Source: Laetmonice hystrix (Eukaryota). From it: 64,000 bases of DNA. The position numbers and the translations under genes are program-made. The stretch lies in contig OZ249436.1 in the NCBI GenBank assembly GCA_965235115.1, positions 54,996,001 through 55,060,000 of the forward strand, given 5' to 3'. The notes under the pieces are model-generated. The model was not told where the DNA came from and made no database searches. It saw nothing but the letters and a program-made list of their open reading frames with translations. The stretch's first letter is position 1. Each line of letters opens with the position of its first letter. Below are positions 12,625 to 25,268 of this stretch, piece after piece.

Positions 12625-14394
12625 TTTCTTGATATCTTCTTGGCTGCTTCTTTACAACATCGTAATACATTTAAAAAAACCAATCACAATTCAATTTCCC
12701 ACTTGAGAAAATCAGGAAATTGCAAACTGACATTTGTTTAGTTGACACCAATCATCACAACACCGAAATGACAATTGCCACCAAACACGACAAGAAGTCC
12801 TTTTTAATGACTTTTGTTGTCGTTAAACAAGGAAAAGACTACCTATAAGTGTTCATATTATTTTGTGTCATTTTAATGAGGCGAATGGAAGGTCCTGTCA
12901 AACTTAAGTACAAATTGTACTCTCTCGGTAATTATTTAAATAGACATAAAAATGGTGTGTTCCTTGCTGCAACTGCATACACCACCGACAATCCATAATA
13001 ACTCTATGATTGTTAAAGTGGCGAGTGGGTACGTTCTATACACTTTCGAAATGTTGATTTAACCCCTAAATCATAATCATAATGAAAACATAATCACTGA
13101 TATCCGAAGTGCTGATAAGATATTTCTGTCACTCGGGTTAGAGTATTACTATTGCAAGAATAGAACACTAATTGATTCTGTAGTCCAAAAGTCAGACCTG
13201 ATCTATTTCAGGCTTGTGAGCGGCTTTATTTATTCGCTAAAAGTCACCAGAAAATTCTAAAAACTGTTTTAGACCCGAAGAGAAAGGTTCTCACTTAACG
13301 TAATTAAAGATTTCAAGTAAACGTTTCCAACCTGACCTTTGCCCGGGTTTGATTTATGAGGTAAACTGACACACGTAATTTTGGTGATGCACTTAAACGT
13401 AGTCAGCGGATCTGTTCTGTCTAATTCGTATCAGACAACTGATTTATCTTTTTACCATACATAAACTAAACAACGTAACCATGTGGTGCACGTTTTTACT
13501 CGGATAATAGTGTAACTAACTACATTGTATAAAAAAAAAACCTAGCTCAGACCCTAGCTCAGACACGAGAGAACCCATGGTAAATAAGCGTAGCAGACTG
13601 TGTTCCCAACGGGCCATCACTGATCACGTACTGGCTTCAGAAGGGATAAGTTGTCTAGGAGCTCCCGTAAAAGCTATGTACATGTTAATAGAGCGGCACG
13701 GTGTTCCCGAGTCTCCTCATGGGCACTGATCAAAGGCTGCCATCACAGAAATACCGCTTCCCCCGGCAACATACAGCCACCCCTATATGATGTGCAATGA
13801 GGTAGATAGGCCTCCAGGCTACATGACCACAAAGCAGCAATCTTAAACCCTTTCATACACGTGCTGTATGCCGCAGTCAAATGAGGGACCCACGTCATTA
13901 ATAAGGCGACGTACTAGACCGAGGGCATGTGACATTGAAGAATAAATCACAGTATATTTTCCGACAAGGAGCTCGCAAACCGTCTACTTGCCGACATCAT
14001 TTTGTCTGTCACTAGAACCGGGCAGAGACAAGCCTGCAGCACACAGGGCCTGTACATATCGACGGGAGCTCCTGTCTGGGTATGGAGCCAAAACCACTAT
14101 GGATCAGCGTGGTCTGGGCTTCGGGCGGAGAGACGGACGGGCCGATTGGGTTACAATGGATTCCGTCGAACACCCCCATGTCTAATACTCTACAGTGGAG
14201 ATACGGAATATAGACATTCTATAAAGTGGGTATGAAGGTCAATGTCATGCAGGTTGAATCATTTATAAATAGGACTATACAAAAAGTTTTAAAAGGTCAG
14301 ACGGCAAAGTATATGGGCCTAGGAAACATTCCTGGCTTATGACTAACATTTTTAGGGGTGGTGTGAAATGCAATGTGGAAAACGATTATTGTCT

Positions 14395-14889
14395 GCGTGA
14401 GCAATACATGGACTTCCGGCACAGCTCACTCATATATATGTGATAACAAGGATGAACTGCGCTAGGTCTTTATACGAATGATCTTCGCGGCTCTATCTAA
14501 CAGGCTAGTAACAAACACAATTTGTTTACAGAAATGTTTAATCAAAGAGAGTATAAAGCTCGTTCTGTTTGCAACTCCTGCCCCGCCCCTGGTATACCGT
14601 CAACAACAACATTGGCGCGTTGACAGCTGACAGGAGACTGGGATCAGAAGTAATTCGCTTTGTAAGCTGTGGCATCACCGTATCACTATCCTCAAATCTT
14701 GAGTGTATGAGTAGTACGAGTCATTCCTACACTAGCTTTCACTTTAAATTTGTTACAACTTCAAATTTTTACAACTTTTAATTTTTATTTATTCCGATGA
14801 TGGCCGCTATTTTGGGCGACTTTTCTTCCATGAAACTTTGCACGGTATACGAGTGAGGATTTACGGAAACCCGGGGGAACGCGAGTGTG
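14395..14889. mobile_element. Second, left-truncated copy of the 792-1408 element
   Basis: Shares long near-identical blocks (e.g. GTCAACAACAACATTGGCGCGTTGACAGCTGACAGGAGACTGGGATCAGAAGTAATTCGCTTTGTAAGCTG) and the same right end. Confidence 0.8.
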
Positions 14890-15114
14890 GGCGGAAGCGG
14901 AGGAATTTTGGTTATCCCGAGAAGTAGCGCACCTTGAATTTTAGAATTTTAACCCCTAGCGATTTCTCCTGTATAAAACTCGTCGAGCCTGCAGATACAT
15001 CGCCCCTTTCCGTGGGAAACCCTAGCGAGGAATCTGACAATACTGGCGTATCCATGACGACACTCTTACAGTGGGCGAACCTGTACAAGGTGTCCTGAAT
15101 AGTTCCATTGTCTA

Positions 15115-15130
15115 CCAGTAGAGGGCGCTG
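15115..15130 (+). promoter_or_regulatory. CTCF-like binding motif
   Basis: CCAGTAGAGGGCGCTG matches the CTCF core consensus CCASYAGRKGGCRS. Confidence 0.5.
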
Positions 15131-15856
15131 CGGTCACCGCCCTTACCGACGGCCAACTGTTGGCCACTTTACAACCCGAGACTTCGATTGACGTCCTGCG
15201 CCCTTGTGCTTCTTGTAAGTCGCTTAGTCACAATAAAAGGGCGTCTACTATCCTCCACGCCCCATCACAATAGGCCAGGTAAAGCAAAGTGGCCCAAGAC
15301 CCCCAGATTACCTGTCGAACGCCCACGCTGACGCCCTCAAACACCGACCCAATAAAAGCCGGCGATTCGCCCACACGTCTCGTCATAAGTGCCCAGACAA
15401 TGACTCGCGGGTTAGATTCGTTTCAAATTCTTTGTGTAACCACGCTTTTTGGGTTCGCTGGGTCTGCTCGTCAAATCTGCGACGTTTTAAGGATTCAGAA
15501 TGGTAAAAATCTAATCTTTGTACTGTGTGCTTCCAAAGCCAGCCTCAGATAGAAATACTGACCACCACGGTTATTCAATCACCATAAGTCACCTCTCCTG
15601 ATCTCTCCAGATACGTTTATAATCGATATATCCTATTAATTAGTAATCAATGGTGATTTTCTCCTTGTCATATTACGGACAAGATCACGAGGTTTAATTA
15701 AGATCCCACAATGCTGACAACGGGGGAAGAACAGGCGCTGGCTGACCCGCTGCCAGGGTAAAAAATGTGAGTAAAAAAACAGAGACGACGGTTCTAATCT
15801 TATCTTTTTATGATTGAAGATTTCCGCTTTCGCACTTGATACATAACCTCCTGGTG

Positions 15857-15936
15857 ATGGGTAAAAGAAAGTATATCAAATATCATGGGTAAAAGAAAGT
15901 AGAAACAAAGATTATGGGTAAAAGAAAGTAGAAACA
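15857..15936. repeat. 28-29-bp tandem repeat, ~3 copies
   Basis: Core ATGGGTAAAAGAAAGTA repeated three times. Confidence 0.85.
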
Positions 15937-16511
15937 TGGAATGCCTGCAATAAGGTTTTCAACCTAAATCTCAGGGCCCCAGAAAGCGAAACTATATAGA
16001 TGGAGCGACACTGCACTCGTTATACAATTCATGCTATCTATGACTAACGTTCTAGACCACTCTCTAGACCACTCACATGCCACAGTCCTGACAGAGAAAG
16101 CCTGTGTGTGACTATAGGAAAACATCACATAGCATCGACCTGGTGGGATCAACAAACAGAGCGATACAGTGGGGATATCACATTATCGCAATACCGATAA
16201 TAATGGCAGGGCAGGATGCGTTATCAACAATGGTGTAACGCCTCAAAACACACGCATGAGCCACATCACATGATAAAGACGGCCAGTTGCTGTAGTAAAT
16301 CGAGACACGGAAAGCTACGCATATTACAGAACCAGAGTCACGGCACGTTAAGTGGAGACTCACAGATCTACTCAAAGTTGGGACGGCGGATTCACACACT
16401 GGTATATCAGCTAGGACAATGAATTCACAGTTGTACTATCAGTACGGACACTGCTGCTATCGACTTCACAAACACGTGTCACCTTCGCACAGAGAAAAGG
16501 TTCGGACTTAC

Positions 16512-16535
16512 TTTCGTTGCCTCCCCTAGGAGCAC
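16512..16535 (-). other. Candidate 24-nt microexon
   Basis: The minus strand reads TGTCTCTCCTCATTATCAG|GTGCTCCTAGGGGAGGCAACGAAA|GTAAGT. The length is divisible by 3 and two of the three phases are open. Confidence 0.4.
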
Positions 16536-19500
16536 CTGATAATGAGGAGAGACATAACATGGCAGTGAGATTCACAGATACACATTAATATCCACACAGA
16601 CTGGCATGCAAACCGAGCCGGAATAATTGTCCCGTAATATAAACATGTCACAAATCGAGGCCAGACATCGAAACGTTAACAATTAATGTCAAAAATAATG
16701 ACATTGTTATATTATATATATTACAGACAGTAGGGCTACATATATTGATATACACATAGTAAATATAACCAGATAATAAAAGCAAGCAACGAAACTTGAA
16801 CAGAGTAGTAAGAAACGCTGGTTAATAAGAGAGTAAATAGTTTTGATAGCACATGTTAAAGTAAGCACTAAAAGTGACAAGATCACCGTAAACAGGAATC
16901 ACTGATAGTGTTGGCGAGCAGTGACTCCTAATAATAGTAGTAATGAAAACTTGTTTTCTTCCATGCAGTTCTTTCTCAGTCCAATTTCAGACTAGAAACA
17001 GCTGACGAACTACGGAGTATAATGTTTTTTCCCCAGTTACATAGAAAAACGTCAATACTATAACATCTCTGATTGATTCTGTCTTATCAAATCAATGAGG
17101 AACACCTGCTACGCCAAAAGCCTGAAAATGCAATTGTTGGAGCAAAAAGCCCATACGGACAACATAACGGTCTTGATCAATAATGCAATCTGCAAGCCAG
17201 CAGACACAGACTCTCTTCTGATGGCGATCTGCGGACTCTCTGCTGACAAATACCTCAAGGGAGGCGCGTCTTGCGGAAACACGTCACTAAATCTACAATC
17301 CCATATACTACTCATAGACTCGACCAGAATCATTGATGCTATATTTATCGATAGCCGGGCTATTTTTAGCCACTGGCCTTCTTGTGTATTCTCACGGTGT
17401 GAAGATTTCCACCTATCCGCCTAGGTCTGGTTGCACTCTCCGAGCAGAGATCATCCACTCGGTGATTTCTGCCACACTTTGGTGAGAGTGACCCCTGACC
17501 TGACCTAGAACTCCCCGAACGAACATTGCTGAGCTAGTAGTAGATCTATATCATGTATAAAACTGTAGAAGAACGATTGAAAAGAACAACCATTTTAACG
17601 GATGAAGCTATTTCGTTATATATGAGACCAGAATATGGAGTTATCCGGTTGGGTGGTAATGTGTCTGTTCTTAGACGTTGACATTATGAGGACTCTGCAG
17701 AGAGTCGCAGCTTTACGATACAATGTATATCGGCTCCAAAGAACATGCTGTTCTATCTACAACCAACATCGTGATGAGGGTTCCCAAGCCTGGAGATGGC
17801 GTAATGCATTTAAATGTTTCCTTTCGATATTTACATAAGTTGGTCGACCATGATTCAGTTAAAATTGTAGCTACTCGGATTCACTTGGTTCCGAGAGACC
17901 AGTCTAACGACGCTCCTTGTCAGGGAAAGGTAAGTTAAAGATTGCGTCATACACGAGGACCGTGATATAACGAACCACAGGCCTTGAACACAGGCGACGC
18001 TGGATACATCATGACATTTCATTATACCACCAGATTGTGCACTAACAAGCTGGGATTGAAACAATCATACACATGGAACTGCCACCAAATGTTGTTAGCG
18101 TTTACCATTAAAATCTCGGCTGGTCTTCACAAACGATGGACCTCATTCCCATCAGGCAGTACGTCTTTAGCTAAATGAATACCAAGGCTTGGCTTGTTGT
18201 CAACCGACTAGGCCTACGGGATATCGGTCTGTCAAGGGTTCTGAGTAATTAACTATGTAAATTAATCTTCAAATTACAAGAAACTCAATCATCAAAAATG
18301 TTACTCTTTAGTACTCGTCCACGAGCTCCCCAAATCTTTCTCTGGTATTGAAGCCATTTTCGACCAGGCACATCGCCAGCAACTTAAATGTTTGTTTCGT
18401 ATAGGCCTACTCAAAAGTACCAGTACCAGTGAAATAGAAATATCAAAAAGGGCAATGTAACCGCAATATTGAAAACTATTCAAAGATATCATTTTCTCCG
18501 ATATTAATATCATAACAGATAAACACAGCAGAGTATAAAGGGAATCCAATAGAACAGGATGTATCATGTACATGTCGGTGGAAGCTGGAGCCGCTTCCTG
18601 TATTGCTAGTTTTGGACGCTGACACCAGGGAAAGCCTTCACGCTGAGTGGGTCGGTGGGCAGCCAGCCAGTCAGCCAGCGGGTCAGCCGTACTTCAGGGA
18701 TCATAGCTGTCTGCTTGGATGAGGCGTGTGTTCCTTCAATTTCACCCTCATCCTCCACCCCACGGCCTGCTCACACCATCCGACACCGAAAACCAGGCTA
18801 ACATTTACATAAAACCAGCACCCATTCACAGCTGCCATAACTCGACACCCTCTCCAGAGACCTCGCTTCTAAAAATAGCCCGACGTGGTACGAAAAGGGA
18901 AGCTCTCAATTATCTGGACAGGTCTGAATCAACACTTCGATAGACGCGTGTGTCCCGCGTACGTCATATTGATTGGGGCGACGACCGACAGAGGGTCTGT
19001 CCGCACCCATCGCCCTGTCTTTGCCATCCATCTTGCTCCAAACGTCGATCCGCATCTATTTCTTTCAAACAAAATATTCAACCAGTCTAGTAAATTGCCT
19101 CAGCTAATGCGGAGATTAAAAAACCCGACAAACCTATGATAACGCCAACTGTGATCCTTAATGCGTTCACACTCATCTATAGCTTAATCAACGGATAATC
19201 GGTATGAGACAGATTTTGTTTCAATTACTTGAGCAACTTTCATCAATAATCTGGTTGGAAACATCACAACTAGACGGGGAAGTTTATCGATCCCCCCGAC
19301 CCATCAACTTCGCAGAGCTCTATACAACGCTTTCTTTCCTTGGTAGAAACTACTTTAAAAGCAATGCTCTACGTTCAAATGCAGTTCTTTTGTCAGAGTT
19401 AGAGGTTCCTAAGTTTTCCTTTGAAAAAATAGATTAAAAAGAAAAACAGTATTTTGCTGTCGAACCAGAATTGCTACCAAATGCTAAAGGGCACATTGAC

Positions 19501-20401
19501 GGACAAGGCCCACAATACAATTCGGCTAAAAGCTTCGGAGGCTGAAAACATCGGCACACACAGCAGACTCTTTTCCAAAGAAAATACTACCCAGAGCAGA
19601 AGGAGGAAACTTGAGAGATAATGATAAAATACCCCCCAGTTATATGGGTGAGACAGCCGTCTGAGCCTTCAGAAAGCGATCATCTCCTTTCCATCAGAGA
19701 GCTCCAGTTCTCCATGGCAGGCCGACACATCCTCTGACTGGGACGTCGTCTCTCACTACGCGACAAAATGAGAGACTGGGAGGATTTCTATTTATGGGTT
19801 GTGACCACCAGGTGGCAGGAGGGACGTGTGTCAAGCTGGGGTCACCAAATCAAATTAGAGCTAGAGTCAGGGTCAAGGTCACTGGGGCCATATTTATATT
19901 TATATGGTCTATATGGCTAAGCAATTTTTGAATGGTGCACCAGTATCCAATAATCAGAGCGGGGCCAGCTGCAATGCATTGTAGGGGAACCAAGATTCTG
20001 GAATGGGCCTTCACAACTCACAATATGAAACCGGTTAAGGCCCTCTTGGCTGCTGTATTCCAACAGAGGGCGGAATGATCAAGGTTATAACACACCCTCG
20101 ACTACCAAACCCCAGAGCAAGGCAGCTGTCCCCTGTCCCCACAGCGAGACTGGTGCCCATCAGAGCGATCAGTGAAGGATCATTGATAGAACCAATCAAA
20201 TGGCGACGTTTTTACGTTGTTATTATGACGTGCAGTTGGGCCGTTGTCACTGTGCCAGAGGGCTGGGTCCCGGTCGGCACTGTAGGTCTAATGGAAACCG
20301 CCGGACATCGCTCTGTATTGACATAAAGTGATATTGTAACATCAGTGCTTGCCCCACAGATCGCTACAAGACCTGGCATGTACTCTAACCGGGTCATGCT
20401 C

Positions 20402-21528
20402 AAGTGCCATTCACACTGGCACGAATTCTGCCGAACTCGAATTCGTACGAAGTTCTTAAAGTGGTACAGACATCACAATTAACCTGAAATTTGGTACTAG
20501 ATCTGGATAATACTTGTAATTTGTCGTTGTTCTGTAAAGGAATGGTTGTTGTACAACAACGTGAACTGTCTGTAATCCGTGATCAAAATGACCAATTCTC
20601 CCGACCATCTGTCTGCCAGTCGCCTTCCCTTCCATTGCCCACCCGCCCGCCCGTGCTTACGTCATCACGTGTGATTCAAATTGTCAATACTTTTACAAAT
20701 GTTATTTTCTGAGAGAATTTATCAGAAAAACCTACCCCGGACACGTCTACAACTAGTGATCTATCTAGATCAGTAAAGGTGCCTATGTGATGTCTGTAGC
20801 ACTTTAAGGCTTTGCAAATTGCAAAACGTCGCAGCAGTGGGAACCAAGTTCGTATCTCATTGAGCGGCGAATGCTTGCGAACGTAGCGAATTTTGGGTTT
20901 CGTCAGGGTTCGTAAAAGGTTGCAAAAATGTTCGCAGACAGTTTTACTTGTCGCAAACAGTTTTTCTTGTCGCAAAGAAATTTTGAACATGTTCAAATTT
21001 TCCTTGCGAATTTATTTTTCCGCAAACTGTTGCAAGTGTTTGCAAAACAGTCGTAAGCCTTTGCAAACGGTTGTAAGACGTGTCGTCAAAGTTCCCAAAG
21101 GTTCACAAACAGTGGCAAAGGATTGCAAATAGTTGCTAATCTTCGCAATAACTGTCGCTAACATTTGCTTACAGTCGCTAATAGTCGCCAACTGTCTTTC
21201 GCAAACATTCGCGCGAATGTTGCTAATTGTCTCTAAGCATCGCTAAAAGTCGTTAGGCTAAATGTCGCTAATGCCAGGGGCAACCCCCTGATTTTCGCCA
21301 AAATTCGTCAGAAAAGTTGGCAAATCCAAAAATCGCAACGTTCGTAAGCATTCGCCGCTCAGTGAGATACCAGCTTTTTTGCGAATTTGCAAGCAGCAGT
21401 ATCAATGGAGTTCGTGAGCATAAATCTCGTTCGTACGATCACCTACGAATATCGAAAATGCCTGACGAAGTTCGTAGGACGATAAAGTTCGTACGGCTAA
21501 AAGGTTCTGCTAAGTGTGAATGACCCTT
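20402..21528. mobile_element. Non-autonomous TIR element (Harbinger-like), ~1.1 kb
   Basis: Imperfect TIRs AAGTGCCATTCACACT / AGTGTGAATGACCCTT. The interior is rich in GCAAA/TCGC/TTCGTA sub-repeats. Confidence 0.7.
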
Positions 21529-22202
21529 GAGGAAGCCAACCAAAAACCCCTAGGAACAGGCAAGATTCGTGCAGGCACGGATCTAAGGAAGCCTAAGCCC
21601 CTTATCACCGACTTGCTTTAGGTCGTTTGATCATAATGCAGTGGTATATGTCTCATGCTCTTTTTGGGGGGCTTTTTTTTTTTGGGGGGGGGGGGGGGTT
21701 AGGCCTACGTTAATTTCAAATACCTGCGCCCCGTATGGAAAACTTATGTCCGCCCTTATCTTCTCGGGCTACACACACAGTCTAGAAATTTCTATTGAAA
21801 CATAATTATACGCATCAGACAATCCATTTCTACTTGATATAAAAAACGAAAAAATTCTCATTTATTCATTCTTTCCGAAATGACCAATTCTCTTTAAATC
21901 AGGTTAAAACACATCATGAAAGGATGACGTGATCACGTTACCTAATCTCATCACTTGCGTTCAAATTGCAACGATCTCTTTTTGAGGTCTTACTATTGGT
22001 CTCTCCTAGCCTCTTCATGTAAGATTTCGCTTCGATAATGAGAGAAAATGCCTTGGGCTAGTCAAAGTTTTATTTTTTAATTTTTTAAGAAGCATGTATA
22101 ATCCTCCACGTCAGGAGAATATCTTTGAAGACAATAATTCACACCATGTCTTTCCAAGTTTAGCTTTGAAACAGGTTCTCTACTTATGTACCAACAAGCC
22201 AT

Positions 22203-22578
22203 GCATTAGCTATATTGAAATACTACAAGAGTGCTTCGCGAGAAACGCGATCTTTCAGAAAGGCACCTTTGATTCCCTAAACTGTGAACGTCCCTCGGTG
22301 AGAAACATACTGTTCATTCGATCACAAACAGTGGCAAAGGATTGGCAAATAGTTGCTAATCTTCGCAATAACTGTCGCTAACATTTGCTTACAGTCGCTA
22401 ATAGTCGCCAACTGTCTTTCGCAAACATTCGCGCGAATGTTGCTAATTGTCTCTAAGCATTAGCTATACGTGAAATACTACAAGAGTCCTTCGCGAGAAA
22501 CGCGATCTTTCAGAAAGGCACCTTTGATTCCCTAAACTGTGAACGTCCCTCGGTGAGAAACATACTGTTCATTCGATC
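22203..22578. repeat. ~120-bp direct duplication enclosing a ~139-bp copy of 21103-21240
   Basis: 22203-22323 matches 22457-22578, and 22322-22460 matches 21103-21240. Confidence 0.92.
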
Positions 22579-22915
22579 TCAAATTTCTGAAATGATCGCT
22601 TGCCCATGAATTCACCTATACTGCCGACGACATACGAGGCAATTGTTAGTGGCTGAGTGCATGGACTGTAAGTAGATTCCTCAAGTCAGCCTCATATTTT
22701 ATACGTGCGGTCGTATTACTGTCAATATCGGATATTGAAGACATGCTGTAGGTGAATGGCATACATCAGACAGGTGTGGTGGACTGGGTGTTACAACAAT
22801 ACCCTCTTACAGTACAGTCCCGAGTCAAAAGAATGGAATATAATACAAACAGGCAAAAATCTGTTTCGTTTCCAGGAAGTTCAGCTTTAAATAGATTTAT
22901 GCTGTTGACTATATA

Positions 22916-25268
22916 GGGTCATTCCACGCGGATTCACCTAGAGCCTCCCAGGTGACCATCTCAGATTTTTATGAATTTTTTTTTACAAGTACCTCCACAT
23001 GTTTGATGAACGCATACAAAATTTTTTGCTCCAACTTCCAGTAGTTTTTCAGATATTAATTTTTAAAATATGTGTGTCGGTGCATACTGTGCATGTCAAA
23101 AGTCATTTTTGTGCTTTTTCCCATTTTCAAAGCGTTATATCTTAGGACTGGTTACATGTATCAGTCTGAAATTTGGTATGTGCAAGGTCCCCTACCCACA
23201 TATTCAGTGCCAATCATCAAAGTTGTGGTAAATTGCATTTTTTATTTTTTATAGCTGACTGAAAATGGCATTTTGTTCATATCGGAACATTTTTTTCAAA
23301 CTTTAGGGGGCTCTACACCAAATGTGTATTAAGTGATCATCTTCATATTACAAAGCTTACCTCAGTAGATTACCAGCTTGTGTTTAACCAGAAACAATGC
23401 CCATCATAGTAATAGTTTTTGAGCTGTAGCTGCATGAAAACTGATCATGTGTGAAAAACGTCGAAAAAAGCTCTCCATTCTAGGTAGGATTTCACCATGT
23501 AGGCAACTACTCAGACACTTCAATTTTTTTCAAAAGGTAGAATAACTATATGACATTTGTCAGTCGAAATCTTTTTATCTAACTCAAAAGGCTTCATGTT
23601 TTAAAAAATACCAGTTTAGACAGTATTAAACAGAATGTAGAAATCCATTATATCTCATTTAAATATATCTAAAATGTATTTAGCATAGTTTATGCCTACT
23701 AAATATCTATGGAACATACATCTGTTCATAATTATAATTAATTCATAATTAAATAATTAAATAAAATAATAAAATAAAATAATTAATTAAATAAATTAAT
23801 TGAATTAATAAATTAATCTAAAATGGATTTAGCATAGTTTATGCCTACTAAATAACTACTGAACATTCATCTGTTCATAATAATAGTTAATTCATAATTA
23901 AATAATTAACTAATTTAATTAACTAATTTAATTAACTAATTTGATTACCTAATTTAATTAAATAAAATAATTAAGTAAATAAATAAACTAAATTAAATAA
24001 TTAAGTAAATAAATTAAATAAATAATTAAATAAATTTATTTTACCATGAAGCCTTGTGAGTTAGTTAAAAAACATGGAGAGCTTTTTTCAACATTTTTCA
24101 AACATAACCTATTTTAATGCAGCAAAAGCTCAAAAACTACTCCTTTGATGGGCATTGTTTTTGGCTTGTTTTTAACGCATAAACTATGCTAAATCCATTT
24201 TAGATTAATTAATTAATTAACTTAATTAATTTAATTAATTTAATTAATTATTTAATTATTTTATTTAATTATTTTATTTAATTATTTAATTATGAATTAA
24301 TTATGATTTTGAACAAATAATTGTTCAGTAGTTATTTAGTAGGCATAAACTATGCTAAATCCATTTTAGATTAATTAATTAATTAATTAAATTAATTAAT
24401 TATTTAATTACCTAATTTAATCATTTAATTATGAATTAATTATGATTATGAACAGATGTATGTTCAGTAGTTATTTAGTAGTTATAAACTATGCTAAATC
24501 CATTTTAGATATTTTTTAATAAGATATTATGGATTTCTACATTCTGTTTAATACCGTCTAAACTGTTTTTTTTTAAACATGAAGCCTTTTGAGTTAGATA
24601 AAAAGAATTCTACTGACGAATGTCATATAGACATTCTACCTTTTAAAAAAATTTGAAGTGTCTGAGTAGTTGCCTACATGGTGAAATCCGACCTAGAATG
24701 GAGAGCTTTTTTCGACGTTTTCAACCATGATCGATTTTTATGGAGCTACAGCTCAAAAACTATTATTGTGATGGGCATTGTTTTTGGCTAAACACAAGGT
24801 GGGAATCTACTGAGGTAAGCTGTGTAATATAAAGATGATCACTTAATACACATTTTGTGTAGAGCCCCCTAAAGTTTGAAAAAAATGTTCCGATATGAAC
24901 AAAATGCCATTTTCAGTCAGCTATAAAAAATAGAAAAATGCAATTTAGCACAACTTTGATGATTGGCACTGAATACGTGGGTGGGGACCTTGCACATACC
25001 AAATTTCAGCCTGATACATGCAACCAGTCCTGAGATATAACGCTTTGAAAATGGGAAAAAACACAAAAATGACTTTCTACATATAAAGTCTGCACTGACA
25101 CACAAACTTTAAAAATTAATTTCTGGAAAACTACTGGGAGTTGGAGCAAAAGATTTTGCATGTGTTCATCACACATATGGAGGTACCTGTAAACAAAAAA
25201 TCATAAAAATCTGAGATGGTCACCTGGGAAGATTTCTGGATTTCAGGTGATTCCGCACGGAATGACCC
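22916..25268. mobile_element. Foldback non-autonomous DNA transposon with ~1-kb inverted arms (Sola2-like)
   Basis: GGGTCATTCC...GGAATGACCC termini with TATA on both sides. The arms are collinear reverse complements over roughly 0.8-1.1 kb and ORFs 23072..23254(+) and 24917..25105(-) mirror each other. The centre is extremely AT-rich. Confidence 0.9.

Noticed and set aside
17095..17424. ORFs with an 'FSDVFPQDAP' stretch reminiscent of LTR-retroelement pol
   Set aside because: No further reverse transcriptase or protease motifs in the adjacent frames I translated.
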